Notes: generated by a model not told the origin, from the letters alone. Counted from the first letter of the stretch, positions 29,122 through 39,834 are shown. The stretch: 64,000 nucleotides of DNA from Patescibacteria group bacterium (GCA_965660445.1 CBFIAK010000001.1:736001-800000); one strand, 5' to 3'. Program-made: numbers and translations.

Positions 29122-31716
29122 ATGCTTCAAAACATATGGAACACCGTCTTTGGGAGTTACAACGAACGACAAATAAAGAAAATCGAGCCAATTATTCATA
29201 TCATCAAACAATACGAAAAGGATTACGACAAACTCTCAGACAGTCAATTAAAAGACCTTTTTGCTCAATGGAAAAAAGAGTTATCACAAGACCCTCAAAA
29301 AAGAGATCTCTATACTGAAAAAGTTTTTGCAGGAATCAAATGCGCCTGCAAAAGGCTTATTGGTTCATCTTTTCCTGTTCGTGGAAAAGACCAAGCATGG
29401 GACATGGTCCCCTATGACGTACAACTCATTGGAGGGCTTATTCTTCATCAAGGAAAAATCGCTGAAATGAAAACAGGAGAAGGAAAAACACTTGTTTGTA
29501 CGCTCCCTGTTATTCTTAATGCTTTAACCGGAAAAGGGGTTCATGTGGTGACCGTGAATGATTACCTCGCACAACGAGACGCTGAATGGATGCGTCCTTT
29601 ATACGAATTTTGTGGATTACAAGTGGGAGTTGTTGTTGGTGGTACTGACAATACCGAACGGAAAGAAGCGTATCAGCACGATATCACTTATGGAACCAAT
29701 AACGAGTTTGGGTTTGATTATCTTCGAGATAATATGGCACAAGACCCAAATGATCTCGTGCAACGCAATTTGCATTTTGCAATTGTGGATGAGGTTGATT
29801 CAATTTTAATTGATGAATCAAGAACACCGCTTATTATTTCAGCTCCTGCAGAAGAATCCACTGATAAATACGTTCGATATGCACAAGTTATTCCAATTCT
29901 TAAAGAAAACGAAGACTACAACATTGATGCAAAACAAAAAGTAGCAACGTTATCTGAAGCTGGAATCTCAAAACTCGAAAAAGAATTAAAAATCGATAAC
30001 ATTTTCACTGATAAAGGATTTGATGAGGTTCATCACATAGAAAACGCATTACGAGCAAAAGTCATCTTTGAACGAGACCGAGATTATGTAGTGCAAAATG
30101 GACAAGTAATCATTGTCGACGAATTCACCGGTCGTCTTATGCCAGGACGACGGTTTTCTGACGGACTTCATCAGGCATTAGAAGCGAAAGAAAATGTCAC
30201 TATACAACGAGAATCAAAAACCCTCGCCACTATCACGTTTCAAAACTACTTTAGGCTCTATGAAAAACTTTCAGGAATGACAGGAACCGCTGAAACTGAA
30301 GCCGAAGAGTTTGGGAAAATATACAAACTCGACACACTCGTTATTCCAACAAATAAACCCATCCAGAGACAAGACCTTCCTGATCAGATATTTAAAAATG
30401 AAGGAGGAAAATACAAAGCACTGGTGAAAGCCGTAAAAGAGTTTTACGAAAAAGGACAGCCTGTTCTTATTGGAACCGTGAACATTGACCAATCAGAACT
30501 TATTTCTCATTTACTTCAAAAAGAAGGACTCCCTCATGAAGTCTTAAATGCAAAGCATCACGAAAGAGAAGCTGAAATCGTTGCTAAAGCTGGACAAAAA
30601 GGTTCTATTACTATTGCGACGAATATGGCAGGACGAGGAACTGATATTAAAATAAACCAAGAAGTAAAAGACTTAGGAGGACTCGTAATTTTAGGAACAG
30701 AACGACATGAGTCTCGACGAATCGATAATCAGCTCCGAGGACGAGCTGGTCGACAAGGAGATCCAGGGATAACTCAATTTTATATATCAATGCGAGACAA
30801 CCTCATGCGTCGGTTTGGAGGAGAACGAATGTCTGTTATTATGGACCGATTACAGATTCCTGATGATGAACCCATACAAAACAACATGATTTCTCGATCT
30901 GTTGAAAACGCACAAAAAAAGATAGAAGGGTTTCATTTTGATGCTCGAAAACACTTGGTGCAATACGATGATGTTATGAATATTCATCGAGAAAAAATAT
31001 ATACTCGACGAAGAGAAATTTTATTTCACGACGATATTGAAGAAACGATACATCAGGTTATCAAGAATACTGTTGAACGAATTGTTTCCATACACGCACC
31101 TACACCAGAAATAAGTGAGTTATGGAATCAGGAGGAAATCAAAGAAAGCATCATCAATATTCATAATAATGAAGAAAAAGATTTCAGCGAAAACCTTATC
31201 CAGTCTCACACCTACGCTCAAGACCTACAAGAAGCATTAACACAATATCTTCTCAAAAGCTGGGAAACAAAAAAAAGTGATGCCGACCAAGAATGGAGCC
31301 TGAAAGTAGCAAAGTATGTCACACTGAGAACCATTGATGAAATATGGCTTAATCATATCAATGAAATGACTCATTTGCGTGACAGAGTGGCACTTTCTGG
31401 GTATGCACAAAAAGATCCCGTCATGGAATACAAACGACAAGCATTTGAAATGTTTAAAACCATGATGGAAGAAATTAATACACGAGTGACACACAATTTG
31501 TTTCGAATCGAGTTTCAAAAACGCATTACACTCACAAAAGCTGATTACTCGAAAGCGAATACAAACACGCAAGAAATCATATCAACACTTCAAAGTCAAA
31601 GTCAAAAAAACACAATTTCATCACTTCAGAAATCAAACCAAACACAAAACAGAGGAACATCACCAGAACCTCAAATTCCCCGTCGACTTCGGAGAAAAAT
31701 AGATCGTAAGAAATAA
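29122..31716 (+). CDS. secA: Preprotein translocase ATPase SecA (no C-terminal zinc finger)
   Basis: MKTGEGKT, DEVDSILIDE, GMTGTA, TNMAGRGTDI, QLRGRAGRQGDPG; ATG 29122. Confidence 0.98.
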   Translation: MLQNIWNTVFGSYNERQIKKIEPIIHIIKQYEKDYDKLSDSQLKDLFAQWKKELSQDPQKRDLYTEKVFAGIKCACKRLIGSSFPVRGKDQAWDMVPYDVQLIGGLILHQGKIAEMKTGEGKTLVCTLPVILNALTGKGVHVVTVNDYLAQRDAEWMRPLYEFCGLQVGVVVGGTDNTERKEAYQHDITYGTNNEFGFDYLRDNMAQDPNDLVQRNLHFAIVDEVDSILIDESRTPLIISAPAEESTDKYVRYAQVIPILKENEDYNIDAKQKVATLSEAGISKLEKELKIDNIFTDKGFDEVHHIENALRAKVIFERDRDYVVQNGQVIIVDEFTGRLMPGRRFSDGLHQALEAKENVTIQRESKTLATITFQNYFRLYEKLSGMTGTAETEAEEFGKIYKLDTLVIPTNKPIQRQDLPDQIFKNEGGKYKALVKAVKEFYEKGQPVLIGTVNIDQSELISHLLQKEGLPHEVLNAKHHEREAEIVAKAGQKGSITIATNMAGRGTDIKINQEVKDLGGLVILGTERHESRRIDNQLRGRAGRQGDPGITQFYISMRDNLMRRFGGERMSVIMDRLQIPDDEPIQNNMISRSVENAQKKIEGFHFDARKHLVQYDDVMNIHREKIYTRRREILFHDDIEETIHQVIKNTVERIVSIHAPTPEISELWNQEEIKESIINIHNNEEKDFSENLIQSHTYAQDLQEALTQYLLKSWETKKSDADQEWSLKVAKYVTLRTIDEIWLNHINEMTHLRDRVALSGYAQKDPVMEYKRQAFEMFKTMMEEINTRVTHNLFRIEFQKRITLTKADYSKANTNTQEIISTLQSQSQKNTISSLQKSNQTQNRGTSPEPQIPRRLRRKIDRKK

Positions 31717-31753
31717 AAAAAGAGGATATGGGAATTCCCATATCCTCTTTTTT
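31716..31753. terminator. Bidirectional terminator
   Basis: Perfect palindrome AAAAAGAGGATATGGGAATTCCCATATCCTCTTTTT between convergent genes. Confidence 0.85.
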
Positions 31754-31759
31754 ATTGTT

Positions 31760-32950
31760 TTATTGTAATGATATATCCGTACCTCCTAAAGGAAAGAATC
31801 CTATTTTTTTCTCCGTATTGGCATCAATCCAATCCGGACGATACAATACTAACCTTGAGAACGCATTTGGTGTTGGTGTTGAACCAAGATCGGCTTTCAG
31901 TACAAACGGACGAGAACTCGACGTAATAGTAATAGACCGATTGAATGGTATATAAATAATATCCCCTTCAACACTTATTTTTTCAGACACTGTTTCGTCA
32001 TTTGACTCAAGCCATAGATTCTTAAACACATCTGAACCAGCTGTTCCCATAAGACGGAAATACATCCCCCCAAGACGAACCGTGCCCGACTGAGATCGGA
32101 ATGTAATGGCGTGAACTGGTACATTTGTTGTATTTTTAGAAAGAGTTACTCGACGAGCCAAAGATGATGTTTTTTCCACATACAATGTTCCTGCATTTGG
32201 ACTCAGTGGCATTGTTTGTGGCATGGTGTCTGTATACTCATACAGAGGGGCATCTGATGTTGTTGGTGTAACGTCTCCTCTATCCGTTTGATTTGATTCT
32301 GTAGTCGGATCAAATGTACTGGGAAGTTGAGTATCAGAAAGTGATGTTTGAGAAGATTCCTCATCTGATGACAGTTTTCCTGTATATTTCATACACCGAT
32401 AAATCTGATCTGTAATTTCAATTCGCGAAGGAGTATGCGATTTATCAATATTTTCGAGGGTTACCCCATAAGGCAACAGTTGCGCATCAGACAAAGCTCT
32501 AAAATACGGCATACTCCAATCGTCACCTTCTTGCACATCTCCAACAGGAATACTAAACGCAAGCGTTAATATCTTTGCTACTTCTGCACGATTGATGGTT
32601 CCCCCTGGTTGAAAAGTACCATCTGGATATCCTGAAACCCATCCATACTGACGAGCTGTTTCTATAAAATCAAAAAACCAATCTTCTTTTTGGATATCAG
32701 GAAATCGAGATTGTAATGGCAAATACCGAGTGACGTTTGTAGCGGTCACAACAAGTTTTGAAAATTCCGCTCTATTCATTGGTCGATCTGGAGCAAACGA
32801 ACCGTCATCATTCCCAGATATAATACCTTCATTGTAAAGAGTTTCTACAGCCGGTAATGCCCATTGTTCAATAGTATCAGCATCTGAAAAAGAAGCGTGT
32901 GCAGGAATCGTAGTTCCAATAGCAACAAGAAACAAAAAGAATGAGTACAT
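31760..32950 (-). CDS. Secreted SLH-domain protein
   Basis: Signal peptide (PAHA), SLH repeats (G..DG.F.P…NRAE), S/T/D linker, beta-rich C-domain. Confidence 0.85.
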   Translation of the reverse strand: MYSFFLFLVAIGTTIPAHASFSDADTIEQWALPAVETLYNEGIISGNDDGSFAPDRPMNRAEFSKLVVTATNVTRYLPLQSRFPDIQKEDWFFDFIETARQYGWVSGYPDGTFQPGGTINRAEVAKILTLAFSIPVGDVQEGDDWSMPYFRALSDAQLLPYGVTLENIDKSHTPSRIEITDQIYRCMKYTGKLSSDEESSQTSLSDTQLPSTFDPTTESNQTDRGDVTPTTSDAPLYEYTDTMPQTMPLSPNAGTLYVEKTSSLARRVTLSKNTTNVPVHAITFRSQSGTVRLGGMYFRLMGTAGSDVFKNLWLESNDETVSEKISVEGDIIYIPFNRSITITSSSRPFVLKADLGSTPTPNAFSRLVLYRPDWIDANTEKKIGFFPLGGTDISLQ

Positions 32951-33032
32951 AAAAAAGAAGAGTTATAAACACTCTTCATTCTAAAAAGAAGCAAAAAGAA
33001 AAGCAAATAATTAAACCTATTGTGAAAAACTA

Positions 33033-33581
33033 TTACGAAACAAGATGTGCTGGAATGATATTATCAACCGCTCCCCAACTTGCATCAATTTCTTCTGGTA
33101 TAAGGATTGTTACATCATCCCCTATTTTCCCTTTATAAAAAGTAACAGACGCATACAATATATTGTATTCTCTCTGAGGTGTCAGTACTTTATATTGATT
33201 TCCATCGAGAATAAGTTTTCCATTGACTGCACGGCGAGGAATCATTTCTATTTGTTTAAAGATAAAAGCTCCATTTGGTTTAATAGAAAGCTTTAATCGA
33301 TCACCTTCAACGAGTTTTGATTTTGAAGCATAATTCGCTGGAATTGGAAATTGACCTCCATCATCTGCCACCATACGAACACCATCAAATATTCCTTCAA
33401 GGACTCGTTCGTCCTCTGATGCTTCATTATAGATACTCAGATGATCAGGTTGCGTTGAAATTGATTCGATACCGGCATCTTCTTGAAGCAGTTTTGTCCA
33501 TTTCTCAACCGCTAAAAGAGAAGCTTTTGTTGCTTGTAATGACTGAATAAGGTTCTGAATAATCTGAGTATCTTTTTTCAT
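33033..33581 (-). CDS. Conserved hypothetical protein
   Basis: EG.FDG..M…P.PANYASKSKLVEGD.LKL.I…G.F.FKQI motif, recalled (unverified) as common in CPR genomes. Confidence 0.7.
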   Translation of the reverse strand: MKKDTQIIQNLIQSLQATKASLLAVEKWTKLLQEDAGIESISTQPDHLSIYNEASEDERVLEGIFDGVRMVADDGGQFPIPANYASKSKLVEGDRLKLSIKPNGAFIFKQIEMIPRRAVNGKLILDGNQYKVLTPQREYNILYASVTFYKGKIGDDVTILIPEEIDASWGAVDNIIPAHLVS

Positions 33582-33654
33582 GAGATAAAAATATTTAAAA
33601 AACGAAACATCTGTTCATTATACTCCAAAAAACAAGAAAATTCAAGCAAAAACA

Positions 33655-33691
33655 AAAAAACCTCCTGTGTTTTGTGTACAGAAGGTTTTTT
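33655..33691 (-). terminator. Intrinsic terminator
   Basis: Minus strand ACCTTCTGT…ACAGGAGGT plus T-run. Confidence 0.7.
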
Positions 33692-33711
33692 GATACGAAC
33701 AAAGCTATTAC

Positions 33712-34713
33712 TTACACCCCACAATTCGCTGTTGTTGCCGAAGTTCCGGCAGCACTGGTATTATATCCAAACCCAGGAGATGGTTGTGTTGAGGGCAATT
33801 GCGTATCACATGCCTCAGGTGCATCTTCAAACCCAGCACATACGGTTTCAAGCAAACTCGCTGAATCTCGAGCCGTAGTGACCACTTGTCCGTTAATAAC
33901 AAGTGTTGGTGACCCTCGAACTCCATATTTTTCATTGTCAGCTTGATAAAGTGGATATGAAGGGAATTGCCCCATCCATGTCGATCGATCTTCAAAATTA
34001 GCCAGTGTATTAAACTCATTTTCAAGGTCTGCCAAACAAGTGTCATATGACGCTTCTGTTTCTTCGATAACTCCAAGACATCGTTCAGAATTTTCATCTT
34101 CTAAGAAACACCCGAGGTATGTTAATAACTTATCAGGAGTTTCTTCTTTTATACAATGTTGAAGATTTTGCTCGACCAATTCTTTATATTGATGCATAGC
34201 ATAGGTATTAAACTTTAATTGAAAATCCACACTCTCACCAAGAGCATCAAGCACTGGAAGCATTCCTTTTTGCATCTGTGTTCCAAACGGACAATGACTC
34301 ATTACAAAAAGTTCCACTACTGGTTTTTCTGCTTTTGGAATAGATCCTAATTGTTGTTGTTTTTGTTCGTCAGCTGCTTTTTGCGCTGTTGCTTTTTCAG
34401 TTCGCACTTGTTCAATATCCATTGCTTGAGGAAAGAATGTTTTTCCATCCTTTGTAAGATAAGCGGGTAATATTTGTCCATTTACTTCTACTTCCATACG
34501 ATAAAGAGAACCTTCATCAGTAAAGTTTTGAACCTTTACGGCTTGTCCAGGGGGAAGTAAGTCTTGGTTTATAAAATCAATAGCAATTAATTTTGCTTCT
34601 TCAAATGAGAGGTCACTTGATGAATTCTTTGGAGAAATTCCATTTGATGCACACCCCACAATAAGAAGTGAAAACACTGCAAATGCACTGAAAAATAGAG
34701 ACTGAAGTTTCAT
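33712..34713 (-). CDS. Thioredoxin-fold (DsbA-like) lipoprotein
   Basis: Lipobox IVGC; FVMSHCPFG; GVRGSPTLVING cis-Pro loop. Confidence 0.75.
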   Translation of the reverse strand: MKLQSLFFSAFAVFSLLIVGCASNGISPKNSSSDLSFEEAKLIAIDFINQDLLPPGQAVKVQNFTDEGSLYRMEVEVNGQILPAYLTKDGKTFFPQAMDIEQVRTEKATAQKAADEQKQQQLGSIPKAEKPVVELFVMSHCPFGTQMQKGMLPVLDALGESVDFQLKFNTYAMHQYKELVEQNLQHCIKEETPDKLLTYLGCFLEDENSERCLGVIEETEASYDTCLADLENEFNTLANFEDRSTWMGQFPSYPLYQADNEKYGVRGSPTLVINGQVVTTARDSASLLETVCAGFEDAPEACDTQLPSTQPSPGFGYNTSAAGTSATTANCGV

Positions 34714-34836
34714 ATAAAAAAACAATAATAAATAAAAAAACTAGTTTTATTGTAGAAATGATTTTTTTTTCGTCAAACAGTAAAAAAAAGAAAAAAGAAT
34801 AGAATTTATCTTTTGTTTTTATTACAATAGTCTCTG

Positions 34837-35730
34837 ATGAGCATAAGTATACAAAAAGACGTTTCATTTCGAACCATTACTTTCTATGGCGTAGGAGGGT
34901 TAATTGATGAATTATATAGCATTAAAACAATAGATGGGTTTGATGAAATATGGGCAGAGACCCAACAAGAAAAAATTCCTTTTTTTGTTTTAGGAAAAGG
35001 TTCAAATACTCTTTTTTCAGATAAGGGGTTTCGTGGACGAGTATTTTTGTTACAGTGTCAGGAAACCTATTGGAAAACGAAAAACATTGTTTGTGTAGAA
35101 ACTGGAAAAAACTGGCAACAGTTTATTGAGGAAACAAACCAAAAAGGATTTCGAGATTTGTGTCCATTAAGTGGAATTCCTGGGAACGTTGGAGGCTTTA
35201 TAAGAGGTAATGCTGGAGCTTTTGGCATGGAAACTTCTGATAGAATTATTGAAGTAGAATATAGAGATGAATATGGCTTACAGAAAAGGATATCACAGAA
35301 GGACTGTGGTTTTGGGTACCGAGAAAGCATTTTCAAGCACCATCCCGAATGGTGTATCACCAAAGCTACATTTGGTTTCCATGAAGAATCTGATCCCGCA
35401 GAAGCACTTGCATCATCACAAGCATTACTAAAAGAACGATGGGAGAAATATCCAAAAGGTCGTTCTGGTGGGAGTTTTTTCAAGAATCCCGATGGATACT
35501 TTACAGGTCAATTATTTGATACGCTTGGAGCTAAGGGCGATCAAATAGGCATGGCACAAATTTCTGAGAAGCACGCAAATTTCATTATCAACAAAGAAGG
35601 AAAAGCCACTCAAAGCGATATTCTCCAACTAGCTCGAAAATGGAAACAAAAAGTATATGATGTTTATGGTCTTACCCTTGAAGCTGAAATTTCTATTTGC
35701 GATGAATATGGTCATAAGATTGTACTCTAA
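34837..35730 (+). CDS. murB: UDP-N-acetylmuramate dehydrogenase
   Basis: GKGSN, GIPG.VGG…NAGAFG, FGYRES.F, GSFFKNP, KHANFIIN, LEAE. Confidence 0.96.
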   Translation: MSISIQKDVSFRTITFYGVGGLIDELYSIKTIDGFDEIWAETQQEKIPFFVLGKGSNTLFSDKGFRGRVFLLQCQETYWKTKNIVCVETGKNWQQFIEETNQKGFRDLCPLSGIPGNVGGFIRGNAGAFGMETSDRIIEVEYRDEYGLQKRISQKDCGFGYRESIFKHHPEWCITKATFGFHEESDPAEALASSQALLKERWEKYPKGRSGGSFFKNPDGYFTGQLFDTLGAKGDQIGMAQISEKHANFIINKEGKATQSDILQLARKWKQKVYDVYGLTLEAEISICDEYGHKIVL

Positions 35731-35804
35731 GAACAAAAGCCGTACACAAAAAGAGAAGTATACAGCTTCAAGATTGAAGAGAAAAGAGAACCAATTAACC
35801 GTAT

Positions 35805-36380
35805 TTACAGCACTAAATCCACCGTGTCTTTTTTGAGCTTATTTTTTAGAATAATAATTTCGTTATCTTTAAATATATCTTTTACAAATTTATCTTTGAG
35901 TGTCACTCGATACAAGAAATCTTCTCGATTCATAAGTGAAAAACGAATTGTTTTCCCAGGAAAATAAGAATCTAAAAAAGATTGAAGTTCATTTTTATTC
36001 ACATCTCCTACGACAAACACATCAATATCCATTTTGTCTTTATCAATAAAAGAACCTGTAAGAATCAAAATATCAATATTTCCAAGTTTTGATATTTTCT
36101 TTAAGAGTTCTTCGTTTTCTTCTTGGCTTTTTCGTATAATCGAAGCGAGTTCATGATACAAAGGAAAATGCGGATTAAGTCGGTAATACTTTTTTCTATT
36201 TTTTTCAACTGATTTAAAAAGACCAATATTTTCCAAATTCTCAAGCTCCCGTCGCATAGAGTTTATCTGTTCGTCGAGAACTCGAGTTAATTCTCGAATA
36301 AAAAACTCATCTTCCGGGTGTGAAAAAAACTGTGTCAGAATTTTTACCCGAGATCCAGAACCAAAAAGTTTTTTGAGCAT
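35805..36380 (-). CDS. Winged-helix regulator fused to a minimal nucleotidyltransferase-like domain
   Basis: LFGS..R.K.L, F.REL.R…N..RREL..LE, then GSF…DID.FVVG; ATG 36380. Confidence 0.75.
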   Translation of the reverse strand: MLKKLFGSGSRVKILTQFFSHPEDEFFIRELTRVLDEQINSMRRELENLENIGLFKSVEKNRKKYYRLNPHFPLYHELASIIRKSQEENEELLKKISKLGNIDILILTGSFIDKDKMDIDVFVVGDVNKNELQSFLDSYFPGKTIRFSLMNREDFLYRVTLKDKFVKDIFKDNEIIILKNKLKKDTVDLVL

Positions 36381-36739
36381 TTTTTTTGTGCAAAACGAAA
36401 AGTTCAAAAAAAGTATTCCTCTTTTTCAAAAAAATGTCAAAAGTTTTTTTCAAAAAAACGAATAAAGGCTTATTTAAAAGGAAAACTTTGATAAAAAAAA
36501 TAAAACATGAACCATTTTTTTTAATAAAAATATATAGAAAGAATAATTTTTTTATACAAAAAAACAAGAAAAATAAATTTGTGTTCATGAAAAAAATAAG
36601 AGAACAGTAAATAAACAACAAAATGAGAAATAAAAAATCATAAAATCTCTTTAATAAGCCGAAAACAATAAATTTAAAAACAAAAAAAGTAAATACAAAG
36701 TAATGACAAAGTAAAAACAAAGATCAAAAAGAGAGATTC

Positions 36740-36773
36740 AAAAGAAAGAGCCTCTGCAACGCAAAGACTCTTT
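36740..36773 (-). terminator. Intrinsic terminator
   Basis: Minus strand AGAGTCTTTGC-GTT-GCAGAGGCTCT then TTCTTTT. Confidence 0.6.
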
Positions 36774-36845
36774 TTTGAGGCGATATCTCCTTTTTCAAGA
36801 AGAACGATTTTTAATACAAATACGAATACGAATACAACAAAATAT

Positions 36846-37085
36846 TTAGAATTCTAATGATTGAACATCTTCTCTTTTTGCTTTTCGAACCATAAATCCC
36901 ATGCCTAATGGTAATCCTGATAAAAACCCAATTAAGAAAATAACAAAAATTGGTTTGGGAAGTGATCCGGTAATCTGATCAAATAGTACTTGGTAAGTAC
37001 AGTCATACACCGCTGCGTTCTGCAGAGCAATAACAACTCCAATAGAAGCAAAGATACCGGAAAGAATAAATAAGAATTTCTTCAT
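36846..37085 (-). CDS. Small two-TM protein, LapA/DUF1049-like
   Basis: TM-ALQN-loop-TM pattern. Confidence 0.6.
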   Translation of the reverse strand: MKKFLFILSGIFASIGVVIALQNAAVYDCTYQVLFDQITGSLPKPIFVIFLIGFLSGLPLGMGFMVRKAKREDVQSLEF

Positions 37086-37108
37086 AAAAAATGAAAATCA
37101 AAATCAGT

Positions 37109-38359
37109 TTAAAGTGTAAGCCCCTTGAGATATTTGTCAATTTTGAGGTGAAACACAAATCGCGGCAATTGTGACGCTCCATCTTTTCCATCTTGTTTCT
37201 GTGCTAAACTTTGTGCATGAGCCATTTCATCTTTATCAAGCTCAATCCCCTCTTTTTCCACAATATGAGAGAGCGCCAAGAAAACAAGTAATGATTCTTT
37301 TGCGGGAGTTCGAAACTCTTTTCGCAAATCTTCTTCTGTTTTCTTCATAGATTTCCAAAACTGATCTGGATTTTTTTGAAAATGAGGCGATTGTTTAATA
37401 TTGTTTATTTTTGCGTTCACATCATCTTCAATCCAAGACTCAGGTAAATCCGTTTTCACAAGTGGAACTAATTTTTTTGTATACTCGTCAATACACTTCT
37501 TCTGCTCTTCTTGTAATTGACGTTCTGTAATAACTTTCTCGATATCAGATCGAAACTCTGATACGGGTTTTTTTTCTCCTACTATTTCTTGAATAATGTC
37601 TTCCGTTAAAGCAGAAACATCACATGTTCGCACTTCAATTAAGCGAATATCAAACGGAATCTTTTTACCAGCCATATCTTGAGCATGGTAATCTTTTGGG
37701 AAAGAAACTTTGACGCCTTTCTTTTCTTCACCAGCTTTCATACCCACAAAAGCGTTTTCTAAATCTTCTAAAAACTGACCCGACCCAATCTCAAACACAA
37801 CATCTTTCGCAGCAGTAGCAGGGAGAACATTCCCCTTTTCATCTTTTCCTTCAAAGTCAACCGTCACAATATGTCCTTTTTCAGCTTTTCCAGAAACAGG
37901 TTGTAATACGCCTCGTTCTTTTAATATATTCCGAATAACCATATCAATTTCATCTTGAACAATAGAAACCGATGGTTTTTTCATAGTTATTTTTGTGTAG
38001 TCCCCTACTTTCACTTCTGGATAAACCTCCACTGTTACTTTTAATGAAAATGGAGGTGTTGCTTTTTTCTCATCCATATGAATATGTGGTTCAGAAACTG
38101 GTTTTAATTTGTTTTGAGATATAAATTCTTGGTATTGTTTATTCACAGCTCGATGAAGTGATTCATAATAAATACGGTCTTGCCCAACAGAAGCAATCAC
38201 CATGTCATCAGGCGTATGACCTTTTCGAAACCCTTTAACCGATACATCTTTTCGGAAATGCTCAAGCACGGGTTTCATTTCAGACTGAATAGCTTTTTCT
38301 TCAATAGTAAGGGAAAACTCAACTTTTGATCCGGGTTTTTTTGTATACGGGGTAGACAT
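37109..38359 (-). CDS. tig: Trigger factor
   Basis: GFRKGH.P ribosome-binding motif; FKBP domain (VDFEG, FP.DYH…AGK). Confidence 0.95.
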   Translation of the reverse strand: MSTPYTKKPGSKVEFSLTIEEKAIQSEMKPVLEHFRKDVSVKGFRKGHTPDDMVIASVGQDRIYYESLHRAVNKQYQEFISQNKLKPVSEPHIHMDEKKATPPFSLKVTVEVYPEVKVGDYTKITMKKPSVSIVQDEIDMVIRNILKERGVLQPVSGKAEKGHIVTVDFEGKDEKGNVLPATAAKDVVFEIGSGQFLEDLENAFVGMKAGEEKKGVKVSFPKDYHAQDMAGKKIPFDIRLIEVRTCDVSALTEDIIQEIVGEKKPVSEFRSDIEKVITERQLQEEQKKCIDEYTKKLVPLVKTDLPESWIEDDVNAKINNIKQSPHFQKNPDQFWKSMKKTEEDLRKEFRTPAKESLLVFLALSHIVEKEGIELDKDEMAHAQSLAQKQDGKDGASQLPRFVFHLKIDKYLKGLTL

Positions 38360-38391
38360 AAGAATGCAAATAGATAAAAAATTATAGTGGC

Positions 38392-39402
38392 ATGATAATC
38401 AAAAAAAAGAAATACTCAACGAAAAAACAGAAAAAAACAATACAACTTGTTTTGATCTTTTTGAGCGCAATGATCTCCACGAATAGAGTATTCTCACAAT
38501 GGAATCCTTTTGAACTTCATTCCTTACAAGAAGAAGTTTTTATCGAACGTCCAACATTCCAAAAATACAAACTTCACGGGATAAAAATCGCTCATAAATA
38601 TTCAAACGACCTTTCGTTTAAATGCATATCTCAACGAGTCAATTTTCATATAGCACACCATATAAATAACAATGAAACACAAAAAAAAATACTGAAATCA
38701 TCACCAAATGTATCAACTATTGCTCTTCGAGTAAACAAAGAATACGATTTTACTCAGTGGCTTTTGCGTCAAGGATATGGTCGCATAGAAAAATCTGAAT
38801 TTGTTTCAAACGCCGAACAAAAACGCTGGGAAAAAGCAGAAAAAGAAGCTCAAAAATATAAACGCGGAATATGGTCTCATTGCGAAAAAGAGTATCGAAT
38901 CGAAAAACAACCAACACAATGGAAACGATCGTTTGATAAAAAAGCTCATTCTTATTATGCTCCCATAAGTACCGCAAAAGTACGAAAAGTGATCACTGGA
39001 AACGTAATAGAAATTGAGAATGGTATTCGCATTGCTCTCTTAGGACTTCGCGTTCCTTCTTTAAAAAGCGAAAACAAAGCTGAACAATGTTTTGCGCAAT
39101 TATCAAAAAAATATCTTCGTTCTCGAATAGAAGGAAAAACTGTATTCTTAAAGAGAGAATCCACCAATATAGATAGAAATAGAAACCTTCTTCGCCATAT
39201 ATATCTCCCTCTGTTTGATAAAGCTCAAACAGAAATTCATATCAATAAAGAAGTTATTCAAGAAGGATATGCTCAAAGCCATTGGGAATCAGAAAGAATC
39301 GATACCTCTTTTAAAAACAAGTTTGAAACAATTCAGAACCATGTTTATCAAAACCCAAAAGGAGCGTTTCTAGAATGTTTACAACTTATATTCAATCAAT
39401 AA
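38392..39402 (+). CDS. Tandem thermonuclease-like (two SNase domains) membrane or secreted protein
   Basis: LL.QGYG…AEKEA…RGIW, then KVITGN.IE…I.LLG..P…D…LLR.IY…N…EGYA; catalytic DGDT not intact. Confidence 0.7.
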   Translation: MIIKKKKYSTKKQKKTIQLVLIFLSAMISTNRVFSQWNPFELHSLQEEVFIERPTFQKYKLHGIKIAHKYSNDLSFKCISQRVNFHIAHHINNNETQKKILKSSPNVSTIALRVNKEYDFTQWLLRQGYGRIEKSEFVSNAEQKRWEKAEKEAQKYKRGIWSHCEKEYRIEKQPTQWKRSFDKKAHSYYAPISTAKVRKVITGNVIEIENGIRIALLGLRVPSLKSENKAEQCFAQLSKKYLRSRIEGKTVFLKRESTNIDRNRNLLRHIYLPLFDKAQTEIHINKEVIQEGYAQSHWESERIDTSFKNKFETIQNHVYQNPKGAFLECLQLIFNQ

Positions 39403-39405
39403 ACA

Positions 39406-39834
39406 CTATCCCGTCGAACCAAACCCTCCTCGAGAATCACCTTTTGGAACATGTGATTCCTCAAATTCAGCTCTGTGAACATGGACGAAAAGTCCTTGCG
39501 CGATACGTTCACCTCGATCAACAAAAACTTCCTGATCACTTATATTGAGAACTTGAATTCGAATTTCATCTTCTGGCCCATGATAGTCAGCATCGATAAG
39601 TCCGGGGGCGTTTGGAATAAGTAAATGCTTCTTACGAGCTAATGAGCTACGAGGTAATATGAGTAATGCAAGATGCTCTGGACAAGCAATAATAACATTC
39701 GCGGGGATAAGTGCAATTCCTCGAGGAGGGATCACTGTTTTTTCACGTACAATAAAATCAAAAGCAAAAGATCCCTTTGTTTCATATTGCGGCAACGGAA
39801 GTGTTTTATCGATTCTACAAATTTGTATATTCAT
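39406..39834 (-). CDS. dut: dUTP diphosphatase
   Basis: PRSS, GLIDADYHG, GERIAQG, RGGFGSTG. Confidence 0.96.
   Translation of the reverse strand: MNIQICRIDKTLPLPQYETKGSFAFDFIVREKTVIPPRGIALIPANVIIACPEHLALLILPRSSLARKKHLLIPNAPGLIDADYHGPEDEIRIQVLNISDQEVFVDRGERIAQGLFVHVHRAEFEESHVPKGDSRGGFGSTG

Noticed and set aside
36381-36845. Replication origin
   Set aside because: AT-rich, but I saw no TTATCCACA-type DnaA box cluster and no dnaA/dnaN nearby
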